From: a virus
Lineage: Duplodnaviria > Heunggongvirae > Uroviricota > Caudoviricetes
Length of the DNA: 47,091 nt
Reading direction: 5' to 3' (one strand)
IMG/VR virus record: IMGVR_UViG_2541047918_000004
Notes under the pieces: model-generated
Told to the model about the DNA's origin: nothing
Database searches by the model: none
What the model saw: the letters and a program-made list of their open reading frames with translations, nothing else
Shown: positions 29,196 through 39,388 of the stretch, in pieces
Layout: every line of letters begins with the position of its first letter
Position numbering within the stretch: position 1 is the stretch's first letter
Made by a program: the position numbers and the translations under genes

Positions 29196-29758
29196 CAGTA
29201 AAACCTTTGTCTGCGGACAGGATTGCGGTATGAGGAGTACGGACTTGTCGCCAGTGTGTCGCGATATGCCCGACGGATACCCTCAGAAAACAGCACAGAG
29301 AAATACTGTGCGCGCGACGGGTCTGACCATGAAACCCCGGTCTGCATGAACAACCGTTCAAGCGCCCCTGCAGCCACTTCTTCAGACCATGCCCGCAGTT
29401 CATCCTGCACCTGACGGCTCCCTGCTTTCGGAGCAACGGCATAAAGCACACTCACCTCTCCGGGCGAACAGGCAAAATGCATTACCCGCCCCGGGCGGAT
29501 TTCCACATCATGACCGGCAAAAAGCTCACGCCCGTCAGCGAGGATACGAATAATATGTACGCACTCTTCATTCTCCGCGTCATATGGCAGCACACAGTCC
29601 TCTCCGGCTGACGGTGACAGCGTGGCTTCACGGCGGCACAACAGGGACTGACGGCAGAATGCCACTGCCGACATGGATAATGCATCCGTCATCATAATGC
29701 TCAGCGGACCGCTGATATGGCGACGGACATACGGTAAAAAATCAGTCAGTTCCGCCAT
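29195..29758 (-). CDS. Hypothetical head/tail completion protein (about 187 aa)
   Basis: Track ORF 29195..29818; start probably the internal Met (MAELTDFLPYV) to limit overlap with the upstream gene. Confidence 0.45.
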   Translation of the reverse strand: MAELTDFLPYVRRHISGPLSIMMTDALSMSAVAFCRQSLLCRREATLSPSAGEDCVLPYDAENEECVHIIRILADGRELFAGHDVEIRPGRVMHFACSPGEVSVLYAVAPKAGSRQVQDELRAWSEEVAAGALERLFMQTGVSWSDPSRAQYFSVLFSEGIRRAYRDTLATSPYSSYRNPVRRQRFY

Positions 29759-30203
29759 GCTGTTCAGTCTCCGCAACACGACGGCGAAATGCCTCACGCA
29801 CACGGACACGAAATGCATCAGCCGTTTCTTTCGGGTCTTTGTGAATATTCAGCTCTTCTGCCTCACACAACGTTGCCAGCCGTGCGGACGTGAGTTTGCT
29901 CAAATCCACATCCTGACCACCAACGCTAACCACAAAACTGTTCTCCGCTTCTGTAAGAGCAACCTGTTCTCTTTCCTGCGCCTGCTGTGCCTGCCGCAAC
30001 TGCTCATCCTGTTGTTGCTTTTTGAGCACACCATCAAGCTCTTCATGACGAACCCAGACATCCGGAAAGGCCAGCAACTGCCAGGCAAGCGCGCTGTCAA
30101 CATGCACCGGCTCAAGACGCGGGAACAGTGTACGACTCCCGGTAAGGGTATCCTTTTTCACGGGTTTGGGGCCGATATAGACAACGGCAATTTTCTCGCT
30201 CAT
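29742..30203 (-). CDS. Hypothetical structural protein (153 aa)
   Basis: ORF in the structural operon with a Gln/Glu-rich central segment. Confidence 0.45.
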   Translation of the reverse strand: MSEKIAVVYIGPKPVKKDTLTGSRTLFPRLEPVHVDSALAWQLLAFPDVWVRHEELDGVLKKQQQDEQLRQAQQAQEREQVALTEAENSFVVSVGGQDVDLSKLTSARLATLCEAEELNIHKDPKETADAFRVRVREAFRRRVAETEQHGGTD

Positions 30204-30253
30204 ATAATTCCCCGGATAAAAAAGCCCGCATGACGCGGGCCGGAAGGTTTATA

Positions 30254-30646
30254 TCAGTATCCCACCACGGTATAACGCAGCAGAACATTCAGGGTACCGG
30301 TCGCAGCAGCTGTCTTAATGGTGACCGTAACCAGCTCTCCGTCACGCTGTGTGGTGTACGGCTCCACTGGCACATATTTAGCAAAGCTGGCAGTTACTGC
30401 ACCACTGTCACCAATGAGTTCATGTTCGCCAGATTTAACGCTGACAGTTGCTGTGCCGCCAAGTCCCTTGGTAGAAACCAGCTGTAACGCATTAATACGA
30501 ACACCGATCGGCAACGAAAAAAGATGAATAACACTGTCCGCTTCCGCAGCATTCACAGTAAACACACCTTCTGCCACCGACTCATTACCGTGCGTACCCG
30601 TATAGACCCGTTCACTCAGTGACGGGGCAAGGATGGTCTTTGCCAT
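30254..30646 (-). CDS. Hypothetical structural protein (130 aa), possibly capsid decoration or head-tail connector
   Basis: ORF directly downstream of the coat gene; predicted beta-rich; function by position only. Confidence 0.45.
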   Translation of the reverse strand: MAKTILAPSLSERVYTGTHGNESVAEGVFTVNAAEADSVIHLFSLPIGVRINALQLVSTKGLGGTATVSVKSGEHELIGDSGAVTASFAKYVPVEPYTTQRDGELVTVTIKTAAATGTLNVLLRYTVVGY

Positions 30647-30700
30647 AATTAATGACTCCTGAAAAAGCCGGGCGATAACCCGGCATGGGGAAAGGAAAAA

Positions 30701-31915
30701 TCAGAGCTTCACTGCGGTATCAACGGCAATAACACCGTGATCCTGCATCCTGCCGCTCTTCTCCGGGAAACGGATTTTTTTCAGACCGTTGATCCAGCTG
30801 ATTGCTATCTCAGTACGGTTATCCATATCCGTTTTCTTCTCAACCATGTTGAAGTGACCGCCGCCCTTCTGACCGTACGCATTCGCCAGTGCCTGAGCAC
30901 CCAGCAGCATGGCGCGGTCAATGTTGGTTGCGGCCTGCTTCTCTTCTGTGGTTGCCGTCAGGTCGTTTTTCGATACCAGAACCTTTGACCCCTGATAGAA
31001 ACGGATCGGCATCCCCGCATACTTGCGGACCAGGATATTGCGCCACATCGCACATTCGCCTTTGAACAGCGGATGGTTAAACCCTTTTGAGCGGTTTACG
31101 GCACGCGTCATCATCTGGTTCCAGTCCTTGCCGGACGTGGAGGTGTACCAGTCATTCCACTGACGCGGCGTGACGTAGAGGACGTAATACGGATCTTCGC
31201 CATACAGCTCATCACCGGACAGGCGTACCGGTTGTAACGGATGAGCCATCTCGTCAATAAACAGTGAGAGATTATCGACCAGCGCAAGAGTGAACAGGTC
31301 AGACTGATCAATACCTTCAAAACTCGTCGCATCCCCACCGAAAAAATGACGATCATGCGTCGGCGGCAGTACGTCGTTGATCATGATTTTTTTGAATTCA
31401 GGGTGATCTGCCGTTGGCAGAATGGTGTCATCAGCAACAAAATCACCGCGGGCACCGGCAAGATGCACTATCGCACACTGGTCCTGCAGGTCGTTAAAGT
31501 ACGTACCCAGCAGCGTTCTGGCAGAGGATGCCAGGTTGAACTTCGTACGCTGCTGGCTCATACGTCCGCCCGCATCCACCAGGTGACGGCCCTGATTAAT
31601 TTTCAGGGAAAAATCAGCATGGCTGAGGTCTTCACCACGGCCTTCAACGCGCTCATCCCCCATCGTCGGACGTTTAGAGAGTTTGTGCATGATGCTGAAT
31701 GTCACTTCATCACCGGCCTGTTTGTTGAGGTCCGTGATTCGCACAACCGGTGCACCGGCACTGGTCTGCTTCGTGCTTTTCTTGTCAGGCGAAACTGCTT
31801 TTGGTGCATCCTGCTGTTCAGTGAGTATATTCACCATTGAGCGGTTGCGGTTGGCAGCCGTGAAAAGCGCCACCTGATACAGCTTATTCGCCTGGGCTGT
31901 TGTTACTGTGGTCAT
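30701..31915 (-). CDS. Major capsid (coat) protein
   Basis: 404-aa ORF following the acidic scaffold gene in the canonical terminase-portal-scaffold-coat order; identity by synteny and size, not by a sequence signature. Confidence 0.6.
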   Translation of the reverse strand: MTTVTTAQANKLYQVALFTAANRNRSMVNILTEQQDAPKAVSPDKKSTKQTSAGAPVVRITDLNKQAGDEVTFSIMHKLSKRPTMGDERVEGRGEDLSHADFSLKINQGRHLVDAGGRMSQQRTKFNLASSARTLLGTYFNDLQDQCAIVHLAGARGDFVADDTILPTADHPEFKKIMINDVLPPTHDRHFFGGDATSFEGIDQSDLFTLALVDNLSLFIDEMAHPLQPVRLSGDELYGEDPYYVLYVTPRQWNDWYTSTSGKDWNQMMTRAVNRSKGFNHPLFKGECAMWRNILVRKYAGMPIRFYQGSKVLVSKNDLTATTEEKQAATNIDRAMLLGAQALANAYGQKGGGHFNMVEKKTDMDNRTEIAISWINGLKKIRFPEKSGRMQDHGVIAVDTAVKL

Positions 31916-31937
31916 TACGTCAGTACTCCTTCAGTGG

Positions 31938-32945
31938 TTACCCGAGTTTTTCCAGAATCGCGTCAATTTCAGCGTCCGTCATGCCTCGCATGGCGGCTTC
32001 AATTTCGGTATGGGAAGCACCAAGTAACCGTTCAAAATTATCACCGGTTCCGACGGAAGCCGTGTTGCCAAGCTCTGACGGGGAAGCAGGCACTGCCATC
32101 TCCCGTTCAGCGGCTTTCACTTTTTCTTCCGCCGTTTTCCGGATATCCGTGTTGTCTGCCTTGTCATCAGAAGGCGGCTCACTGGCTTCACCAAAAGCGA
32201 GCTGCGTACGGCGGGCCACTTCGGCGAAACGTTCAGTGAGCGGTTTGTCTTTCCATGCGGGGTCATTCTGGAGCTTCCCGTCGATGGATACGGCAACCGA
32301 GAAGCGATCCGGATCGGAGTTCTGCCACGTTTTCAGCACCGGCACGGCATTCATCGCATCAAGAACCGGTGATAAATCCTCACCACCATGACCTTCTGCC
32401 TGCTGTGCTGATTGCTGAACACGGGACTGGAGATAGTTATTTTTACGGATGAGCGAAGCCACCGCGTCACCAATTTCCGGATACATCTCCCTGATACGGG
32501 CAATCTTCTCATCAGAGATTTTTTCGTTTTCCGGTAACGGTGCGGGTTTCATACCGGCCTGGTGGATCTGAGACGTCAGCAGTTCAACCAGGCGTTTTTC
32601 TTCGGCTATCTGTCCCCGAAGAAGTGCGGCTTCCTGTTCGGCCCGCTGCTTACCGGAACGTTCAGCCTCAAGGACTTCATAGGGAATGACGTGTTTACCA
32701 TCGCGGGTGAGCACACCCTTCGCCTCCGGCTCCTTCACGTCCTGCGTCTGCTCAGCACTGGCATCCGGCGTCGGTGCCGCAGTGTTATCGCCCGTCTGTG
32801 TCTGTGCTGCCTCATCCGCATGATTTTCTGTGGCGGCCTCTGTCACGCCGTCCTGTTCGTGACCGTCAATATCCACATCCCCAAGCCCTTCCAGCATTTT
32901 TTCCAGTTGTTCCGGGGTTTCTTCACCCGTAAATTCAAAATCCAT
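31938..32945 (-). CDS. Scaffolding protein
   Basis: Highly acidic, helical-looking 335-aa protein between portal and coat genes. Confidence 0.55.
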   Translation of the reverse strand: MDFEFTGEETPEQLEKMLEGLGDVDIDGHEQDGVTEAATENHADEAAQTQTGDNTAAPTPDASAEQTQDVKEPEAKGVLTRDGKHVIPYEVLEAERSGKQRAEQEAALLRGQIAEEKRLVELLTSQIHQAGMKPAPLPENEKISDEKIARIREMYPEIGDAVASLIRKNNYLQSRVQQSAQQAEGHGGEDLSPVLDAMNAVPVLKTWQNSDPDRFSVAVSIDGKLQNDPAWKDKPLTERFAEVARRTQLAFGEASEPPSDDKADNTDIRKTAEEKVKAAEREMAVPASPSELGNTASVGTGDNFERLLGASHTEIEAAMRGMTDAEIDAILEKLG

Positions 32946-33102
32946 AAATAACTCCGCATGGTCTGTTTATCGGACAGATCCGAATGGTTGAGTAAATAAG
33001 GCTTATCGCTGCCCCCGCGAATAAGCGCACCGCTCCCGGAACGCTTATCTCCGGAAACAAAAAACCCCGTACGATGACGGGGTTCCGTTAAGTTCAGGAT
33101 TT

Positions 33103-35247
33103 TCAGAGCGGCATTTCATGCATCCGCTGTTGTAGTGTATGCAGCATCTGTTGCTGAAGAACTTCCTGCTCCTGTTCCATATTCTGTATGCCGGTAATGA
33201 TTTCTGCCGTATGTGCCTGGTTAAGCGCATCCACATAACGCTGTCCCTGTGCCACGGCGACATCCCGTTGTGCGCCAGCATTATCCCGTTGCGCAGCCGC
33301 GCGTGCCCTGGCAGCTTCTGCTTCCAGTTTAGCCACCCGGCCTGTCATTTCGCGCATCTGAAGTTCTGCCTGCTGTTGCTCCAGCGCCTGCTGTTGTGCT
33401 GCCGCTTCCTGCTCTTCCGGAGTCATCTCATCCGGTGATTTTGGCGTCCCCAGCGCCGCACGAATACGTTCGACAAATTCCTGTTTCTGCGGCACATCCA
33501 GAAGATTAACCCACAGATCGAGCACAACAGCCTGCACCTGAGGCGGCAGCCCCTGAATAACCTCTGACATTCTCTGTGCAAGCTGTGCCTTAAACGCCGG
33601 TGTCTGCTGAACAGGAGCCAGCGCAATATGTGTATTTAACCTTGAAATATCATTGGTCAGTTCACCATTATCACCTTCAGCATTGAGGACAATGGTCTGG
33701 CGACGCTGACGATCATCGCGATTAATCACCACCGCATGATTACGCCGCTTTTTCAGGTCATCAAGAAGATAAGCGAGCAACAGCCTTCCCACCTGCTGGC
33801 AGGCAAACTGGTAGTTATCGTTGATTTCGGCAAGGGTTGTGGCTCCCTGCTCCACCAGGTTGCTGATCGCCACACCGGACGATGCATTTGAATCCTGCCC
33901 GAGAAATGCGGAATAAACCCCCATCGTGTCCTGGATAAGTTTTTCCGACTCCTGCATGACCTGAAACTGCTGGCTGGCAACCTGAAAATCCTGTTCAACC
34001 CGGAAAACATCAGCAACGCTTTTCTGATTTTTTCGGGCCGGATTCAGTTTAATAATGCCATCCGGACGCTCGATCTGCTCCATCAGATCGTTGTCTGACA
34101 ACTGGGTGGCATCCTCGTCCATAATCACGCGTTTGGCCTGAAGCAACCACGTCAGTTTTATACGACGAAAATTCACCTCATCCTGTGCCGGAATGGCCCG
34201 GGAAATCAGCCCGTAAGGCTCCCCGGTTTTATCCTTCCGGTATCCCCAGAAGGGAACCAGCGGGAACATCCCCTGCGGCGCACTACAGGGGCGATCCACA
34301 ATAAAGTGCGGTCCCACAAACCAGGCTTCACGAATACGACTTACCCGCCCGACTCTCACCTGCACCCGCCCGGATGCCACAGCCACCGCATGCATCAGAT
34401 TATTTTTATCAAAGGCCACCACCCGTCCATTACTGAGTTCAATCACCGGAAGACGCTCGAATGTACGGTAATAAACCACCTGAAGCAGCACACGACGGCG
34501 TTCACGCTGAAGCCATTCGTTCTGCTGTCGATCCCATGACTGATACTCTTCCCATGCACTCATCAACGGACTGGGCTGGCCTTCAGTAACCGTGGTATCG
34601 ACAAAACCACGCCAGTCATCAATGGCATAATCGATAACCTGAGCCATTCCCGGAAATGTGGCTTTTGCCTCATCGGTATCCATCCAGCGGCGGCGCATCA
34701 GCCAGCGGCAGTCACTTAAATCAGCCTCCCGGCTGAGCCAGTCCCAGAACACTTCATTCCGGCTGACAGTAGACACCTTAAACTCAGGCCCGAACGGATC
34801 GCTGTTCCGTCTGACCTCCACCCAGCTGAGCCCCGCTTTGATTTGTTCCGCATAGGCATCAGAACGGGCTTTATTCATATTTCCAAGGCGGCAAGCATCG
34901 GCAAATTCAGCATTAATAGCTTCAGCCAGTTTTTCTGTTTCATCATCAGGATCATCTGATATCACCAACAGATCAGTCCGCGTTTTGGCCTCCATACCCA
35001 GAACACCATCAACGGTAGGCGCGATGAGGTTATGGATGGTCATCGGCTGACCGCGATCTTTCAACACCTGGAGAACTTCCGGTGGCAACTGGTCACCATC
35101 GTAATACGCACAGGCCTTGTTTGCGGCATCGCGCCATTTAGGCTGACTGTCAATATCAGAACAAAGCGCCTGTAACTGGCGCTGAGAAAAACGCGGCGTG
35201 GCTCCGTTGTCGTTTTTCGTCGCCATGGTATTAGTTTCATTTTTCAT
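33103..35247 (-). CDS. Portal protein
   Basis: 714-aa ORF immediately downstream of and abutting the large terminase gene; Gln-rich C-terminal helical region. Confidence 0.6.
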   Translation of the reverse strand: MKNETNTMATKNDNGATPRFSQRQLQALCSDIDSQPKWRDAANKACAYYDGDQLPPEVLQVLKDRGQPMTIHNLIAPTVDGVLGMEAKTRTDLLVISDDPDDETEKLAEAINAEFADACRLGNMNKARSDAYAEQIKAGLSWVEVRRNSDPFGPEFKVSTVSRNEVFWDWLSREADLSDCRWLMRRRWMDTDEAKATFPGMAQVIDYAIDDWRGFVDTTVTEGQPSPLMSAWEEYQSWDRQQNEWLQRERRRVLLQVVYYRTFERLPVIELSNGRVVAFDKNNLMHAVAVASGRVQVRVGRVSRIREAWFVGPHFIVDRPCSAPQGMFPLVPFWGYRKDKTGEPYGLISRAIPAQDEVNFRRIKLTWLLQAKRVIMDEDATQLSDNDLMEQIERPDGIIKLNPARKNQKSVADVFRVEQDFQVASQQFQVMQESEKLIQDTMGVYSAFLGQDSNASSGVAISNLVEQGATTLAEINDNYQFACQQVGRLLLAYLLDDLKKRRNHAVVINRDDRQRRQTIVLNAEGDNGELTNDISRLNTHIALAPVQQTPAFKAQLAQRMSEVIQGLPPQVQAVVLDLWVNLLDVPQKQEFVERIRAALGTPKSPDEMTPEEQEAAAQQQALEQQQAELQMREMTGRVAKLEAEAARARAAAQRDNAGAQRDVAVAQGQRYVDALNQAHTAEIITGIQNMEQEQEVLQQQMLHTLQQRMHEMPL

Positions 35248-36953
35248 CAGTGAGCCATCCAGTGTGTGGTTCTGCGTTTATCCGTTTTCTGTTTTACCCT
35301 CACCGGCATTCTGGCGCGCATCTCCTGGGCAATCATGTAGCTCATAAGCTGATCATCAAAACAGCCTTCCTGTGCATTCATGGAGCCTTTCGCGTCATAA
35401 ACGTAGGTGTTCATTTCTGATAATGTGCCCGACCAGCGGATCCCCGACAGGCCGTTATTCAGCAGCGTTTTCATTCCCTCTGTCAGGACCGGTTTACTCT
35501 GGCGGGTTGTCAGCCAGCCAAGACGGGGCGTATCGTCGTCATATGCCTGGTCAAGGTGCTGTTCGTTGTAGATATAACGCGTCGGATAGAGTTCCCTGAG
35601 TTTCAGGATAACGGCATGTCCGTGATTGTTACGCTCCGGCCCCACAAACGCATTGTTGTACATACGGCAGACCTGCGCAATGAGATGAGCGAAAAGCTCC
35701 GCATCGAGATGACCAAACCAGTGAGCCACCTGCTCACCATTACTGCATCTGATGATATCCAGCGATGAGCGGTCTCCGTGCTCCAGCCCCTCAGCGGTAT
35801 CCGCTCCGCATACATACTCTTCATCCGGATCCGGCAGCTCCCAGACCAGCAGATAATTCATCAGCGTCCGGTGCTGTTCGGCTTTATTCCCGTCACGCAG
35901 AGACTGCGCTTTGGTCTTCGTTCCTGTAACCGGTTCAATGTCATAAACAATCAGCGGTGGCGAACAGAATGACTCTGCCTGCAGCGTGCTTTCCGCACTG
36001 AACACCCGTCGTCCTGACGTCAGAAACGCCTCCTGTGGCGTTGAGGGAAATTCCTGCTTCATTTCCTCACGCTGTTCAGTTTCCTTGCAGATGTACCAGT
36101 GTTTCTGCTCATCGGTAAGCGTGATGTTCATTGCTTTTTCAACCGCAGAAAAATACGCTGTTTTTTCCTGTGACAGCTTAAGTCCGCTTTCCGGCACTCT
36201 GGCGCTGTATTTGAGATCCTGCCACCAGGCGTAAAAATGGAATTTATAATCCTGTGGCGTCAGCGCCAGCCCTGATGCAGTGATTTCCTGTGCCCGGTTA
36301 CTCATCTCGTAAAAATCGCCACCCACACCTTCAGCAGTGGATTCATCAAAAATAATGCACTCATCAGAGACGGCATTAAGTGTACCGGTTCGCAGTTCTT
36401 TCGCCTTAGCCGGATATTTTGCGCAAATTTTGCCGTGCTCTGAGATATGCAGGCGCTGCACCGTACCTGAACGGAATGAGGTTGCCACCTGGATACTCGA
36501 GCCGTGACCAAACAGGATATAGCCACCGCTGGCTCCGCTACGACGTTCAACGATGGTGAATGAGGCTCTCAGCCAGTCAGGAAGATGATCAAACGGTACA
36601 GCAATTTTGGTGCGGAAAATTTCACTGGCAGCCTGTTTATCCTGAGCGACAATCCCGCATTTGAGATGCGGTATGAATAATGCCTGGTCGAGAAGATAAA
36701 TATCAATGGCCGTGGAAAACCCCAGCTGGCGTGCTTTCAGGATAATATTTTTATTGTGCATGCTCCGGAACAACTGGCGCTGCGCCGGTCGCATTCTGAA
36801 GGTGACCAGCTCACCTTTTTCGTTCTGTATCTTGTAGAGATGATTGAGGCGCCACCAGGGATTGCTCAGTTTTGTCATAATGAACAGACGTTGTTCGGTC
36901 TCAGTCATTTCTGCAGATTCATCACATCGCGGTTTATTCTTCCGGAATGTCAT
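35247..36953 (-). CDS. Terminase large subunit
   Basis: 568-aa ORF overlapping the small-subunit gene by 20 nt and abutting the portal gene; size and position typical. Walker motif not confidently identified by eye. Confidence 0.65.
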   Translation of the reverse strand: MTFRKNKPRCDESAEMTETEQRLFIMTKLSNPWWRLNHLYKIQNEKGELVTFRMRPAQRQLFRSMHNKNIILKARQLGFSTAIDIYLLDQALFIPHLKCGIVAQDKQAASEIFRTKIAVPFDHLPDWLRASFTIVERRSGASGGYILFGHGSSIQVATSFRSGTVQRLHISEHGKICAKYPAKAKELRTGTLNAVSDECIIFDESTAEGVGGDFYEMSNRAQEITASGLALTPQDYKFHFYAWWQDLKYSARVPESGLKLSQEKTAYFSAVEKAMNITLTDEQKHWYICKETEQREEMKQEFPSTPQEAFLTSGRRVFSAESTLQAESFCSPPLIVYDIEPVTGTKTKAQSLRDGNKAEQHRTLMNYLLVWELPDPDEEYVCGADTAEGLEHGDRSSLDIIRCSNGEQVAHWFGHLDAELFAHLIAQVCRMYNNAFVGPERNNHGHAVILKLRELYPTRYIYNEQHLDQAYDDDTPRLGWLTTRQSKPVLTEGMKTLLNNGLSGIRWSGTLSEMNTYVYDAKGSMNAQEGCFDDQLMSYMIAQEMRARMPVRVKQKTDKRRTTHWMAH

Positions 36954-37740
36954 CCAGTCTCCCCGAATTACTCATTTCATGCAGCGATGACACGATGTCA
37001 CTGACAGGCGTAACAACGCCCCGACGCTGGCTGGTCAGAATATCGGTTTCCGCTCTGAGTTTATCTCTGGCAGCGTTGATTCTTTCCCGGTCAGCACGAA
37101 GTTTTGGTGCTGTTTCCGCCAGAACGTCCAGCGTCAGCAATGAGCGTTCAATTGACTCGATACGGGCAATATTCCGGTCAAGAGCCTGTTCGGCTTTAAG
37201 TATTTTGTCGTACAGGGCAACACGGGTTTCCACGTCAGCCGCCTCTTTCAGGTCGGCGAACATTTTTTTCAGTGTTCCTGTTACTGAAAGTGCGCGGGCA
37301 CGGGTGAACACCAGTTCATCGAACAGCACCATATCGGACGCATCATCCATGAGGTTATCTGCCTCAAGATACTTCGCATATCCACGGTGTCTCACGGCGT
37401 GGGTGTTACGGTCGCTAAACCGGGCAACGGGGTGAGGATTGCCCGATCTGCTGTTGCGTTTCGTTTCTGCCGAATTTGCGCAGTTTTTTTCAGAATTTTT
37501 TGCGCATTTTTCATCGTCGGAACCCGCGTCATTGCTGGGTTCTTCATCTGAGATGTCATGATCGATTTCATGATCGGTTTTATGATCGATTTCATGATCG
37601 ATTTTGCCCATTTTTATACGGGTTCTGGCGGTGTTGTAATTAATCTTTTTCTTACGGCACCACTCCAGTAATGTTATTCCCGTTTCGGCATGTTCGCGTC
37701 GGAATGCCTGCTCCAGTTTTTTCCAGTCCAGCTTTGCCAT
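36934..37740 (-). CDS. Terminase small subunit (putative), with internal 12-bp tandem repeat
   Basis: 268-aa ORF directly upstream of the large subunit; N-terminal HTH-like segment (ITLLEWCRKKKINYNTARTRIKMG); contains KIDHEIDHKTDHEIDHD encoded by four 12-bp repeats. Confidence 0.55.
   Translation of the reverse strand: MAKLDWKKLEQAFRREHAETGITLLEWCRKKKINYNTARTRIKMGKIDHEIDHKTDHEIDHDISDEEPSNDAGSDDEKCAKNSEKNCANSAETKRNSRSGNPHPVARFSDRNTHAVRHRGYAKYLEADNLMDDASDMVLFDELVFTRARALSVTGTLKKMFADLKEAADVETRVALYDKILKAEQALDRNIARIESIERSLLTLDVLAETAPKLRADRERINAARDKLRAETDILTSQRRGVVTPVSDIVSSLHEMSNSGRLDDIPEE
37557..37604. repeat. Tandem repeat, 4 x 12 bp (catgatcgattt and variants), inside the small-terminase gene
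   Basis: Read directly: catgatcgattt / catgatcggttt / tatgatcgattt / catgatcgattt; in frame, encoding a (DHEI)-type peptide repeat. Confidence 0.8.
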
Positions 37741-38039
37741 GTCACTTTCTGACGTCCTCTGTTAAAAACTGACGCATAATGACCGCTGTGATTTTTCAGA
37801 ATTCACACAGCAGCGTCTTGTTTGATTGATATTTACACAATATGGTTGTTTTATCCGGTTTCTTCCACCACCGCACCGGACAGGCGGCCATGCGGGAAAA
37901 CGCTCACGTTACCTGAAAACGTGGAAAGCCCGGTGTGCATCGTTTTTGATTATCCCCACACACTCGCGCAGGAGGTCCAGTGTCTGGCTGAGGTCTCTGT
38001 TAATGCGGGAATACTGCGACGATACGGCGCATGGCTATG

Positions 38040-38591
38040 TCAGGCTGAAATGCCTTTATCAAATCCGGGTAACGCAATCTGCCCCTGCTGCTCCAGCCTG
38101 TCCAGCCTTGCCAGCAACTGAGGCTTCTTCACCCTGCCCCAGCGATTGAGCAAACGACCTGACATACTGGCGACATCTTTCTCTTTCATGTACTCCAGCA
38201 TTACAGCGTTGCGCTCCGCCTCCAGATTCGCCAGACCTTGCTGAATAAGCTCAGCCATCCAGTTGAAAGCCTGAATGTACGCTTCCTTAAAGGTCATAGC
38301 AGCTTTCCCCGTAAAACCAAATACCAACATCGTCCAACCGTCTTTTGTCATTCGATATATGGGCTGGGGTTTACCGTTCTGTAACTCATTGTTTTCATAG
38401 CAAAGCGCAAAATTGCGCTCTGCAAATTCTTTTGAGCATTGTTGAACAACGGCTCTTGTTTTCCGCAATACATCTTTGTGTTCTTTGCCAAATGCTACGG
38501 CAACCTTTCGGGTATCCGTCACCGGCTCGTTGCCTGTCACAAAAACAAGATCGCGGAAATCAATACCGTTAACAATCGTCGGATAGTTCAT
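38040..38591 (-). CDS. Rha-family phage regulatory protein
   Basis: N-terminal segment VTDTRKVAVAFGKEHKDVLRKTRAV matches the Rha-family signature (...iA..fGK.H.nVLR...); 183 aa. Confidence 0.6.
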   Translation of the reverse strand: MNYPTIVNGIDFRDLVFVTGNEPVTDTRKVAVAFGKEHKDVLRKTRAVVQQCSKEFAERNFALCYENNELQNGKPQPIYRMTKDGWTMLVFGFTGKAAMTFKEAYIQAFNWMAELIQQGLANLEAERNAVMLEYMKEKDVASMSGRLLNRWGRVKKPQLLARLDRLEQQGQIALPGFDKGISA

Positions 38592-38600
38592 AGCGTCTTA

Positions 38601-38692
38601 CCTTTCAGAAAATTGAGCCTGTCTCACAGAAAAGCCGCCCCGAGATGGTCGCCACCATATACGGCAGTTCTCAGGCTCAACTTTCTGAAAGG
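38601..38692. promoter_or_regulatory. 21-bp inverted repeat pair abutting the start of the Rha-family gene
   Basis: cctttcagaaaattgagcctg (38601..38621) and caggctcaactttctgaaagg (38672..38692) are reverse complements with one mismatch, 50 bp apart; the left arm includes the Rha ribosome-binding region. Confidence 0.4.
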
Positions 38693-38740
38693 CTCGGGGA
38701 TGTGATATGCGCGTGAGATGCGCGATGAAATTCAGATATG

Positions 38741-38763
38741 AAAAAGCCAGCGATTAAGCTGGC
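38741..38763 (-). terminator. Rho-independent terminator downstream of Rz/Rz1
   Basis: Minus-strand hairpin gccagc-ttaatc-gctggc followed by TTTTT, within 30 nt of the Rz stop. Confidence 0.55.
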
Positions 38764-38767
38764 TCTG

Positions 38768-39235
38768 TTAATTCAGGCACTGAGTGCGGATATATTCCTG
38801 TGCCCCTTCCAGCTGCTTCTGCATTGTCATCAACCGTTCTCTGAGGATGAAATAATCCCGTTCAGCGGTGTCTGCCAGTCGGGGGCCGGTTGCATTATCC
38901 ATGCCGGAGGTGCCGGTGGCTTCACGCACGGTACCGGAGCAGGTGGCGTTGATCCGCAGGCGCTTACGACCAGCAGCAACATCAGCACGCAGAGTTTCAT
39001 TTTCAGCTCTCGCATCGGCTAATTCCCTCGAGTATTTTGCATCGAGCGCAGCAACATCGCGCTGGCGCACCTGCATATCAGTAATGGTGGCGTTTGCCAG
39101 CTCCAGCTCTCTGGCTTTTTTATCGCGCTGCACTTTGTAGGTGATGGCGTTATCGCGGTAATGGTCTGTTGCCAGCCACAGCGCACCACAGCCACCCGCC
39201 AGGACAATAATCACCACACACAGAACACGGCTCAT
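38768..39235 (-). CDS. Rz: Rz i-spanin
   Basis: Close match from memory to lambda Rz ([40 protein letters not shown]...[22 protein letters not shown]); N-terminal membrane anchor. Confidence 0.9.
   Translation of the reverse strand: MSRVLCVVIIVLAGGCGALWLATDHYRDNAITYKVQRDKKARELELANATITDMQVRQRDVAALDAKYSRELADARAENETLRADVAAGRKRLRINATCSGTVREATGTSGMDNATGPRLADTAERDYFILRERLMTMQKQLEGAQEYIRTQCLN
38830..39015 (-). CDS. Rz1: Rz1 o-spanin lipoprotein, embedded in Rz in the +1 frame
   Basis: [22 protein letters not shown]...[32 protein letters not shown] parallels lambda Rz1 (lipobox, proline-rich); fully nested within Rz in a different frame. Confidence 0.85.
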   Translation of the reverse strand: MRELKMKLCVLMLLLVVSACGSTPPAPVPCVKPPAPPAWIMQPAPDWQTPLNGIISSSENG

Positions 39236-39242
39236 CTCTCTT

Positions 39243-39374
39243 TCACCCCACCAGTCCCGATAACGTCAGGACTCGCCAGGCGGTGGAAAAGAAAATGGCA
39301 ACCAGCATTAGTGAAAATGAAATGCCGACAATTACACAGAGGATCTTCGCCAGCGTTATGAGTTTGTCTGACAT
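39243..39374 (-). CDS. Small membrane protein (43 aa), unknown function, in the lysis cassette
   Basis: ATG at 39374 with a GGGAGG ribosome-binding site 6-8 nt upstream; [43 protein letters not shown], one predicted transmembrane helix. Confidence 0.45.
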   Translation of the reverse strand: MSDKLITLAKILCVIVGISFSLMLVAIFFSTAWRVLTLSGLVG

Positions 39375-39388
39375 GCTTAATCCTCCCT

